Positions 1 through 6,923 of a stretch of 32,000 nucleotides of DNA are shown here, piece after piece. Every line of letters begins with the position of its first letter. Position 1 is the first letter of the stretch. This DNA is from an uncultured Candidatus Saccharimonas sp. (GTDB lineage: Bacteria > Patescibacteriota > Saccharimonadia > Saccharimonadales > Saccharimonadaceae), in contig CAURWT010000002.1 in the NCBI GenBank assembly GCA_963528875.1, forward strand, positions 191,680 to 223,679. The letters run 5' to 3'. The translations under genes and the position numbers were made by a program. The notes under the pieces are model-generated. The model was not told the DNA's origin. It saw only the letters and a program-made list of their open reading frames with translations, and made no database searches.

Positions 1-46
1 TATGCTCGTATTATAGCATAAGTTATTTTGATTGTCAATATTTTGG

Positions 47-2944
47 TTAAGCTTTTTTGAGTGAAATTTTTACTTCTGAACCTTCAACTTTTACAATCTG
101 AGCAAAATCAAGTTCATCTTCTGAAATTTCAGCCTTTGTGGCCAAAACTTCTTTCGAAATTTCTTGTTCAAATTTCTTGAACGCGTCAAGGACTTCAGCA
201 TTTTCAGATGTAAAGTTAAGTTCAATTCGATCATCAACATTTAGACCAGCTTTCTTGCGTGTGGCCTGAATGTGGCGAATAATTTCACGCATTAAGCCTT
301 CTGCACGGAGTTCAGGAGTTAACTCAAAGTCAAATTCAACGCTCTCACTACCAAACTCAACACTTTTAACATTTAATTCTTCCATTAAAATTGGCGCGAA
401 ATCAAAAGATTTTGCATTTTGCGGAACTTTTACACTGGCTAGCGGCTGGCGAATTTTTACGCCATTTTTTGCTCGAAGCGCAAGAGCTTCATTCACATAG
501 CCACGGACTTCGGCCATTTCAGCAAGTAAGCTCTCATCAATCTCGCCAGCTCCTGGCCAATCTTTCAAATGAACTGAACCATCGCCAATCATTTTGCTCC
601 AAAGTTCTTCCGCCAAGAAAGGCACGAATGGCGCAAGAATTAACGCAAGATAGCTCAAAACATAGTGGAGCGTTTGATAAGCTTGAAGTTTATCGGCACC
701 GTTTTCGCTCTTCCAGAAACGACGTCGTGAACGGCGTACAAACCAGTTTGAAGCGTCATCGAGGAACGGCAAAACACCTTCAAGAGCGCGTGGAATATTA
801 TAAACATTCATATTTTCACTAATTTCGTTTCGAAGCTCATGAACACGGCTCACAATCCATTTATCAAGCGGATTTTCAAGATCTTTCGAAGGATCTTTGA
901 GTTCGCCGTTAAATTCCCAACCGTCAACACTTGCATACATCGTGAAGAAATCATACATATTCCAAATCATCGAAAGTTTGCGTGCAACATCCGAAACATC
1001 TTTGTCGTGAAGTGCAAAATCTTCACCATTCAAAAGTGGGCTCGTTAGCAACAAGAATCGCAAACTGTCGGCTGAATATTGGTCCATTAGTTCGTTAGGA
1101 TCGGTATAATTACCAAGCGATTTACTCATTTTTCGGCCATCATTTCCAGCAACAACACCGGTTGTAATCACATTTTTAAAGGCATTTTTACCGAACAAAG
1201 CAGTATTTACCGCATGAACATAATAGAACCACGCACGAACCTGACCAATATATTCAACAATAAAATCACCTGGGAAATTCTTTTCGAACTTTTCTTTGTT
1301 TTCGAAAGGATAATGGAACTGCGCAAATGGCATTGAACCACTTTCAAACCAACAGTCAAGCACTTTATCAATTCGAGTGTATTTTTCGCCATCAATTTCG
1401 AAAGTAATTTCATCAACCCAAGGTCGATGGTAATCTTCAAGTTCCACGCCGCTCAATTCTTTAAGCTCGGCATAAGAACCAACCACGCGAATCTTACCGC
1501 TTTCAGACTTCCAAACTGGCATTGCTGTCGCCCAAAAACGGTCGCGCGACAAATTCCAATCTGGTGCGGCTTCAAGATTTTTTTCGAAACGACCGTGCTT
1601 CAAGTGTGCTGGGAACCAGTTAATATTTTCATTTTGTTCAATCATTAGCTCTTTTTGACCTTGAATATCAAAGAACCAACTTGGGTGTGCTCGATACATC
1701 AATCGGTGACCTGTTCGTGGATTGTGTGGGTATTCGTGGCGAATGTAATCGATTCTCCAAACTACACCACGTTCTTTCAAGATTTTCGCTAATGGCTTAT
1801 TAAATTCCCACACATCTTCACCAGCAAATTCGCCGTCAATATATTTTCCGTATTCATCTAAAACGTGAAAAACTGGAATTCCATATTTTTTACCAAAGTT
1901 AAAGTCTTCTTCGCCATAAGCTGGTGCCGAGTGGACAATTCCCGTTCCACTTTCAAGAGAAACATAGTCTGCACCCCAAACTTTATAAGCATTCTCTTCA
2001 CCTTCACCAGAATATTTCGAATCTTCAGAAAGTGGTTCGTATCTCAAACCAATCAAATCCACGCCATCAATCAAATTGACAATTTCGAAAGGAATCGGTT
2101 GTTTTTTTTCATCAACAAAAACTTTTTCGAGCAAATCTTTTGCCAAAATGAAGAATTCATCACCAACTTTTACTTTTGCGTAGGTAATTTCAGGATTCAC
2201 AAACAAGCCCATATTGGCCGGCAAAGTCCAAGGAGTCGTTGTCCAAGCGAGCATTGCAGTTTTATCTTTTGAGCCTTCTGCATCTTCGAAATCTTTCAAC
2301 CAAAATTTTACAAAAACGCTTGGGTCGGTAACAGTTTTATAGGCGTCGTTATCCATTGTAACTTCACTTTTCGAAAGTGGAGTTGCCCACGCCGTGTCAT
2401 ACATTAGAACGCGTTCACCTTCGTAAATTTTACCCTTTTCGTAAAGAGTTTTGAATGCCCACCAAACAGACTCCATAAAATCTTTATCCATCGTTTTGTA
2501 AGCATTTTTAAATTCAACCCAGCGGCCAATGCGATCAATCGTATTTTCCCAAAGCGCCGCATTCGAAACCATGCTTTCGCGCGCAGTCGTAATATATTCG
2601 GCGAGCGAAATTTTTTCACCAACTTCGTGCCGAGAAGTGATACCGAGCTTTTTCTCAACAAAGTTTTCGGCTGGCAAACCGTGCGTATCCCAACCCCAAC
2701 GGCGTTCAACTCTTTTGCCAAGCATCGTTTGATAGCGCGGAACAGCATCTTTTACGATTGAGCTAAGGAGTGTCCCGTGGTGTGGCACGCCTGTGATAAA
2801 TGGAGGGCCATCATAAAACACGAAGGTGTTATCTTCGCTACGATTTTCAACTGATTGCTCGAAAGTTTTTTCTGCTTTCCAACGCGCCAAAACATCGGCT
2901 TCGTATTCTTTTGCTCGTCTTCTTGAATTTGCTTGAAATTTCAT
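47..2944 (-). CDS. ileS: Isoleucyl-tRNA synthetase (type 2 / eukaryote-like form)
   Basis: 965-aa ORF. Class I aaRS signatures are present: YDGPPFITGVPHHGT (HIGH region), WDTHGLP and KMSKSLGN (KMSKS). An AGGAGG SD lies 4 nt upstream of the ATG and overlaps the TAG stop of the upstream ORF. Confidence 0.9.
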   Translation of the reverse strand: MKFQANSRRRAKEYEADVLARWKAEKTFEQSVENRSEDNTFVFYDGPPFITGVPHHGTLLSSIVKDAVPRYQTMLGKRVERRWGWDTHGLPAENFVEKKLGITSRHEVGEKISLAEYITTARESMVSNAALWENTIDRIGRWVEFKNAYKTMDKDFMESVWWAFKTLYEKGKIYEGERVLMYDTAWATPLSKSEVTMDNDAYKTVTDPSVFVKFWLKDFEDAEGSKDKTAMLAWTTTPWTLPANMGLFVNPEITYAKVKVGDEFFILAKDLLEKVFVDEKKQPIPFEIVNLIDGVDLIGLRYEPLSEDSKYSGEGEENAYKVWGADYVSLESGTGIVHSAPAYGEEDFNFGKKYGIPVFHVLDEYGKYIDGEFAGEDVWEFNKPLAKILKERGVVWRIDYIRHEYPHNPRTGHRLMYRAHPSWFFDIQGQKELMIEQNENINWFPAHLKHGRFEKNLEAAPDWNLSRDRFWATAMPVWKSESGKIRVVGSYAELKELSGVELEDYHRPWVDEITFEIDGEKYTRIDKVLDCWFESGSMPFAQFHYPFENKEKFEKNFPGDFIVEYIGQVRAWFYYVHAVNTALFGKNAFKNVITTGVVAGNDGRKMSKSLGNYTDPNELMDQYSADSLRFLLLTSPLLNGEDFALHDKDVSDVARKLSMIWNMYDFFTMYASVDGWEFNGELKDPSKDLENPLDKWIVSRVHELRNEISENMNVYNIPRALEGVLPFLDDASNWFVRRSRRRFWKSENGADKLQAYQTLHYVLSYLALILAPFVPFLAEELWSKMIGDGSVHLKDWPGAGEIDESLLAEMAEVRGYVNEALALRAKNGVKIRQPLASVKVPQNAKSFDFAPILMEELNVKSVEFGSESVEFDFELTPELRAEGLMREIIRHIQATRKKAGLNVDDRIELNFTSENAEVLDAFKKFEQEISKEVLATKAEISEDELDFAQIVKVEGSEVKISLKKA

Positions 2945-2952
2945 TATTCCTC

Positions 2953-3882
2953 CTATGAATTTACTTTATAGCTTAGTTTCATCATTTCTTTTGCAGTTTC
3001 TAATTGGTCGATACTATCTATTTTTATTTGATAACAGCCAGTAGCCCAATGTCCTTTTTTCGAAACATCTTCAATATCGAAATATATTTTTGGATCAAAA
3101 TCAGAACGTTCAATATTAAGATTTAAATATAGAGAGTTTTTCTGAACAATAATACTAAAAATATTTTTCTTTCTAACTTTAAAAGCCAAATACGTCTTCT
3201 TCACATCTGGTTGAATTTCTGGACTAATATTCTCAGCAAAATCTTTCAATTCCCAATAAAACTCCTGAATAGAATCCGAGCCTCTAGACACTAGTTCGTC
3301 TTCACTATAGTTGACAATTTCCTTGAGCACAGTTTTCTCGTCATTACTATTTTTTGCTATATTCGCTTGGCTTTTTTGACTTCTACCCTTTTTCATACCC
3401 TTTTGTAAGTACTCCACAATATCGCCATATTTCCTAAATTCATATAGTTCAACTGGGAAATTCTCGGTAGTATATTCGCTTGCTCTAAGCTGGTATTCAG
3501 TGAATTTTGGAGAAATAAGAATTACGCGCGACTGAGACCAATCGATTTCTGGTATTCCTCCTCCGTTTTTCTCAATAAATTTTAAAATAAAAGCTTCTTT
3601 ATTTTTCAACATCAACGATAAGTAAGCCAGACCTTGATCTGCAACAGAATCACTTTTAATTTTTTTATATTCAATGATTACAAAACTATTACTCTCATCG
3701 TCAAATGCCAAAGTATCTATCCGTAAATTGTCAACAGCAAACTCTGTTTCTATAAATCTTAACCCAAAAACCTCTTCAAGATTGTCTTCAGTCATTTTTT
3801 GAATATCTTTCTCAAGATATTTCTGAGAAACGTTCTCTTGTTTGATAGCTGTTAATTTTTCATTGTTCAATCTATAAAGCAT
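2953..3882 (-). CDS. Hypothetical protein with an N-terminal NucS/DUF91-like PD-(D/E)xK nuclease motif and a C-terminal DUF5655-like domain
   Basis: The ORF track gives 2953..3912 with a GTG start. I prefer the ATG at 3882 (MLYRL...), which is preceded by the SD GGAGAGGAG. The motif RIDTLAFDDESNSFVIIEYKKIKSDSVADQGLAYL fits the D..(D/E)xK..Q..Y pattern of NucS-like nucleases. The stop overlaps the ileS SD, so the two genes are co-transcribed. The domain names are recalled from memory, not searched. Confidence 0.6.
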   Translation of the reverse strand: MLYRLNNEKLTAIKQENVSQKYLEKDIQKMTEDNLEEVFGLRFIETEFAVDNLRIDTLAFDDESNSFVIIEYKKIKSDSVADQGLAYLSLMLKNKEAFILKFIEKNGGGIPEIDWSQSRVILISPKFTEYQLRASEYTTENFPVELYEFRKYGDIVEYLQKGMKKGRSQKSQANIAKNSNDEKTVLKEIVNYSEDELVSRGSDSIQEFYWELKDFAENISPEIQPDVKKTYLAFKVRKKNIFSIIVQKNSLYLNLNIERSDFDPKIYFDIEDVSKKGHWATGCYQIKIDSIDQLETAKEMMKLSYKVNS

Positions 3883-3903
3883 GTTTTTCTCCTCTCCTAA
3901 ATT

Positions 3904-4100
3904 AAAAATCACCTCTTTTAGACTCGAGAACCAAGCAAGCTCGGCGATACCATCTCGATTCCAAAAGAAGTGATTCTTTTAGCCCTTAATTTTAGCTTTC
4001 ACGGAGCTTTCCCGCCCAGTTCTAATCAGTTTTCGAAACCTTTCTTCTGGGAGCTTCGCGGTTGATAGCCGCTCATTCATCAAAATAAAACGCTTTTATG
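3904..4100 (-). promoter_or_regulatory. T-box-like riboswitch leader (Ile specifier AUC) upstream of the nuclease-like ORF and ileS
   Basis: Read on the minus strand. A GA/K-turn-like UGAUGAAUGA precedes the hairpin GCGG-CUAUCAA-CCGC, which carries AUC plus a purine in its loop (AUC = plus-strand 4064-4066). An F-box-like CCGUGA follows. The antiterminator-type element is UCGAGA / 7-nt bulge UGGUAUC / GCCGAG-CUUG-CUUGGU / UCUCGA (3958-3924). It is nested in an outer helix AUCACUUCUUUUGG / CUAAAAGAGGUGAU followed by UUUUU. Confidence 0.6.
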
Positions 4101-4106
4101 ATTTTT

Positions 4107-4135
4107 ATTTTATCAAAATTTAAAAATATTTTCAA
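4107..4135 (-). promoter_or_regulatory. Sigma70-type promoter for the T-box leader
   Basis: On the minus strand: TTGAAA (4135-4130), 17 nt, then TGaTAAAAT with the -10 hexamer at 4112-4107. Confidence 0.55.
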
Positions 4136-4309
4136 GCTTTTAAGTGTTTTATTTATTACTATCCTTCGGACAGCTAAATAAAACCGACACGACACTATTA
4201 TTTACTACTTTTAGAAATTTCCAACATTTCATCTGCGAGCTTTTTAGTGCCTTAGATTGCGATTGTCGCCTGTAAACCCTCCGAGCATCTCATCTTTAAA
4301 GCTTAATTA

Positions 4310-4347
4310 GTTGCCATATCCCTTAATAATTTAGAATATGACATAAT
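4310..4347 (+). repeat. Orphan degenerate CRISPR repeat
   Basis: The sequence gttgccatatcccttaataatttagaatatgacataat compares with the array repeat gttatagttccctaacaatttagaatatgatataat. The 3' 21 nt differ at two positions. The 5' part is diverged and carries a 1-2 nt indel. It lies 663 bp from repeat 1. Confidence 0.8.
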
Positions 4348-4364
4348 TACAGATGGATATAATA

Positions 4365-4391
4365 AAAATAGTGTAATATTTACACTATTTT
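4365..4391. terminator. Bidirectional hairpin terminator after the small-membrane-protein operon
   Basis: A perfect 12-bp palindrome, aaaatagtgtaa-tat-ttacactatttt. On the minus strand it is followed by TTATTAT. It overlaps the stop of the 76-aa ORF. Confidence 0.6.
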
Positions 4392-4615
4392 AAACTTTGA
4401 GAAACAAGAGATGGTATGGAAGATATAGAAAAATACACAATAATAGCTCCTATAATAGTGATTAGGAATTGAGTAACAACAATAAATGTTATAACATTAA
4501 CATTAGCTTGAATACTTCGTTGAATTTTATATTGAGCTTCTAAATAGTCCTTTTCGGTAAATTCATTTTTTTCTTGCATAAACAACTCCATTAAATTTTT
4601 ATATTTCTGAATCAT
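4385..4615 (-). CDS. Small hypothetical membrane protein (1 predicted TM)
   Basis: 76-aa ORF with a hydrophobic stretch VITFIVVTQFLITIIGAIIVYFSI. The start is uncertain. An internal ATG at 4579 has a GGAG SD 6 nt upstream. I recognise no homology. Confidence 0.45.
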   Translation of the reverse strand: MIQKYKNLMELFMQEKNEFTEKDYLEAQYKIQRSIQANVNVITFIVVTQFLITIIGAIIVYFSISSIPSLVSQSLK

Positions 4616-4970
4616 CAGTATAAGATTTAATTATACGTGATTTCCTGAAATAATAGTAAGGGATCTGTAGGGCAATAAAGAAAAGCCAAACAAATGAAGA
4701 ATTATTTTTTTGTGAATTATACATAAAAAACATAAGCACAAAAAAGAAAGATAGCCATAAAACATGTTTTCGCATTTTAGAAATTTCTTGGCGTATATCG
4801 TGCTTAAGTCGTTGTCTTAAAAGATTTCTTGTCTCAATCGCTAAAGCTTCTTTTTGAGTGTTTTCTTGATATGCATCTGAAGCTTTTCGCTGATTTTCTC
4901 TTGAAGCAAAACTTTTATTTTCTTCAATTTCAATATTATTGTTTAATGGCTCTATTATTTTCTTATCCAT
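4599..4970 (-). CDS. Small hypothetical membrane protein (2 predicted TM)
   Basis: The ORF track gives 4599..4985. The ATG at 4970 (MDKKII...) sits 6 nt downstream of a perfect TATAAT, so I prefer it. Hydrophobic segments are VLWLSFFFVLMFFM and FVWLFFIALQIPYYYF. The N-terminal half is charged. Confidence 0.5.
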   Translation of the reverse strand: MDKKIIEPLNNNIEIEENKSFASRENQRKASDAYQENTQKEALAIETRNLLRQRLKHDIRQEISKMRKHVLWLSFFFVLMFFMYNSQKNNSSFVWLFFIALQIPYYYFRKSRIIKSYTDDSEI

Positions 4971-4976
4971 AATTTC

Positions 4977-5005
4977 ATTATACATTAAGAATAAGCTTAT
5001 TTCAA
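4977..5005 (-). promoter_or_regulatory. Strong promoter for the small-membrane-protein operon, abutting CRISPR repeat 1
   Basis: On the minus strand: TTGAAA (5005-5000), 17 nt, TATAAT (4982-4977), then 6 nt to the ATG at 4970. The -35 box is 5 nt from repeat 1. Confidence 0.6.
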
Positions 5006-5010
5006 TAAAT

Positions 5011-5639
5011 GTTATAGTTCCCTAACAATTTAGAATATGATATAATAATGCCTTCGAAAATGTTTATCGAGAAAGAGTTATAGTTCCCTAACAATTTAGA
5101 ATATGATATAATAATGTATAAGAAACATGGTGTTATGTGTTAGTTATAGTTCCCTAACAATTTAGAATATGATATAATTTTAATACCAGTCTTAATTCCC
5201 ATATCTTGTTATAGTTCCCTAACAATTTAGAATATGATATAATTATATAAATTACCTAAATGCGGACTTGTTGGTTATAGTTCCCTAACAATTTAGAATA
5301 TGATATAATGAATTAGCCGTGAGATTATTTTGTTCAATTGTTATAGTTCCCTAACAATTTAGAATATGATATAATTGAATAGCGGCGAAAATAAACGTTA
5401 TTGAGGTTATAGTTCCCTAACAATTTAGAATATGATATAATCACGTTCATAACCATTGAATAGAGTAAATGGTTATAGTTCCCTAACAATTTAGAATATG
5501 ATATAATGCAAATATTATGGAAAACTCAAGCAAAAAAGTTATAGTTCCCTAACAATTTAGAATATGATATAATAAAATTTTCTTGAATTTTGATCGCATA
5601 CAGGTTATAGTTCCCTAACAATTTAGAATATGATATAAT
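5011..5639 (+). CRISPR. CRISPR array with 10 identical 36-nt repeats and 9 spacers (eight of 30 nt, one of 29 nt)
   Basis: The repeat GTTATAGTTCCCTAACAATTTAGAATATGATATAAT starts at 5011, 5077, 5143, 5208, 5274, 5340, 5406, 5472, 5538 and 5604. The plus orientation is chosen because the repeat starts GTT..., as type II repeats do, and ends in the extended -10 box TGATATAAT. Confidence 0.97.
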
Positions 5640-5646
5640 ACTTGCT

Positions 5647-5676
5647 AAAATCCCCATCTGTTGCGATGGGGTTTTT
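5647..5676. terminator. Bidirectional rho-independent terminator between the array and cas2
   Basis: The hairpin is aaaaTCCCCATC-tgttgc-GATGGGGttttt. There is a U-run on the plus strand and an A-run (U-run on the minus strand) on the other side. Confidence 0.75.
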
Positions 5677-5679
5677 AGT

Positions 5680-6003
5680 TTAAAAAAATGAAAGTTGATC
5701 ATTCGAAACACGCCTTTCTTGCGCAGTTTTTTTACCAGCAATCACATACATATTCGTAAATTGATGCTCTGTTAAATAAATTAGCCGAATCGAACCAACA
5801 TCTGGCGCATTTCTCTTAACACGATTCATATGTTTTTCGGCGGCATCCCTATTCGGGCAAAGCCTCGTGTAAACACTATACTGCAACATATTAAAACCAT
5901 CTTTTAGCAAGAAGTTTCGAAAACGTGTTGCTATTCTTCTTTCTTTTTTACTACCCGTAGGTAGATCAAAAAATACCGCTACTCTCATAAATTTATATGC
6001 CAT
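5680..6003 (-). CDS. cas2: CRISPR-associated endoribonuclease Cas2
   Basis: 107 aa. The N-terminus MRVAVFFDLPTGSKKERRIATRFRNFLLKDGFNMLQYSVY is a typical type II Cas2. An AGAGGAAAG SD is present. The gene is adjacent to cas1 and the array. Confidence 0.93.
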   Translation of the reverse strand: MAYKFMRVAVFFDLPTGSKKERRIATRFRNFLLKDGFNMLQYSVYTRLCPNRDAAEKHMNRVKRNAPDVGSIRLIYLTEHQFTNMYVIAGKKTAQERRVSNDQLSFF

Positions 6004-6038
6004 CTTTCCTCTTTTTGTTTTTATTTTTGTTTTATTTT

Positions 6039-6923
6039 TTATATTTTTGGCAACTCTAGACTACTTGAATCTTTCTTTAAAATACAATCAACAAAACTTT
6101 CAACCGTAATCTCAATTGCATTTTTAATTGCGAATTTTTTACCCTTAATCTTAACCCGAAATTCTAAAACCTCAAGCAAAATCCGGCGTTCTTCTTTCGA
6201 AAGAGCCGAATCTTCTTTTTCGAACCCACTCAAACCAAATTTTTTAAGCACGAACAGGTCGATTAGAGGGCGATACGCTTCAATCAAGTCATCTGCTAAA
6301 TTAAAGCTATTTAGCTCATTATGATGAAAAATACCTTGCGAAACTACCAGCCCACGAGCCGCCAAATGCCGTGCCAACCCTGTGCGAACAAGCGCATAGC
6401 TGTAATTTAATGCCGAATTATACCACATTGGCCGACGACGGGTTGCGTCATCAAGAAGCTGTGAAAAGTAGTCGCGTGCGGCTAAAGACTCACGATTAGC
6501 GGAATCTCCAGATTTAACTTCACTTGCACATTTTCGAAGATATTCATCATTTAAGCCAAAATATTTTAAAACATCAGCCTGATTAGAAATTTTTCGAATA
6601 ATATTATTCTGCCAAATCTGTTTTTTGAGTGGAATCTTCATCTCAATTTGCTGGCGAGATACTTTAGCCTGCCGCGAATGTTGAGAATATGGTAAAACTA
6701 TGGCCGTAGGAAGATGCTTCTGATCACAAATCACAACGCTCACTGCTCGAGAAGAGAGCTCATTTAATAGATTTGTGGTTAAGTTTAAACCATAATTATC
6801 AATTATTAACGAGTCGATATCTTCAATCGGAATCGAAACGTCTTCTTCTTGCGAAATTAAGAGCCGGTTATTTTTAACGCTTAGTCGAGCGGGATTTTCG
6901 ATAGAAATAATGCGCCACGCCAT
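6039..6923 (-). CDS. cas1: CRISPR-associated endonuclease Cas1 (type II)
   Basis: The ORF track gives 6039..6932 with a GTG start. The ATG at 6923 overlaps the cas9 stop as TAATG, so I prefer it. Length (about 294 aa) and position between cas9 and cas2 fit a type II Cas1. Confidence 0.92.
   Translation of the reverse strand: MAWRIISIENPARLSVKNNRLLISQEEDVSIPIEDIDSLIIDNYGLNLTTNLLNELSSRAVSVVICDQKHLPTAIVLPYSQHSRQAKVSRQQIEMKIPLKKQIWQNNIIRKISNQADVLKYFGLNDEYLRKCASEVKSGDSANRESLAARDYFSQLLDDATRRRPMWYNSALNYSYALVRTGLARHLAARGLVVSQGIFHHNELNSFNLADDLIEAYRPLIDLFVLKKFGLSGFEKEDSALSKEERRILLEVLEFRVKIKGKKFAIKNAIEITVESFVDCILKKDSSSLELPKI

Noticed and set aside
270-2748. Multiple short ORFs on both strands inside ileS. 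Similar ones lie inside cas9, ftsA, ftsZ, recJ, infB, rpsA, map, yqeY and priA.
   Set aside because: They are shadow ORFs nested in long genes that carry strong motif support. They have no independent start signals and their translations are low-complexity.
2953-3882. Whether the PD-(D/E)xK protein next to the CRISPR locus is a Cas4, which would make the system II-B-like
   Set aside because: Cas4 has a C-terminal four-cysteine Fe-S cluster, and this protein has a single Cys. The nuclease motif is NucS/DUF91-like. The gene is separated from cas2 by the array and the membrane cassette, and it belongs to the ileS transcription unit.
3883-3960. A translational (SD-sequestering) expression platform for the T-box-like leader
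   Set aside because: The SD GGAGAGGAG of the 3882 start finds at most a 5-bp partner (UUCUC) in the antiterminator 3' strand. A helix followed by U5 is present instead, so a transcriptional mechanism seems more likely. The exact switch remains unresolved.
3981-3996. The repeat-like string cccttaattttag as a possible further degenerate repeat
   Set aside because: It has only about 12 loosely matching positions. It also falls inside the predicted T-box leader structure, which explains the sequence better.
4280-5010. A CreTA-like idea: the 30 nt upstream of the orphan repeat act as a pseudo-spacer guiding Cas9 to repress the small-membrane-protein promoter
   Set aside because: I compared 4280-4309, on both strands, with the promoter region 4966-5010. 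The only shared sequences are the 7-mer AAGCTTA and a 6-7 nt ATTAAG match. That is too little to claim targeting. The idea is kept only as something to test by RNA-seq.
5526-5741. A 71-aa minus-strand ORF in the track that overlaps the CRISPR array
   Set aside because: Its translation repeats ISYSKLLGNYN, which is simply the CRISPR repeat read in frame. It is an artefact of the array.
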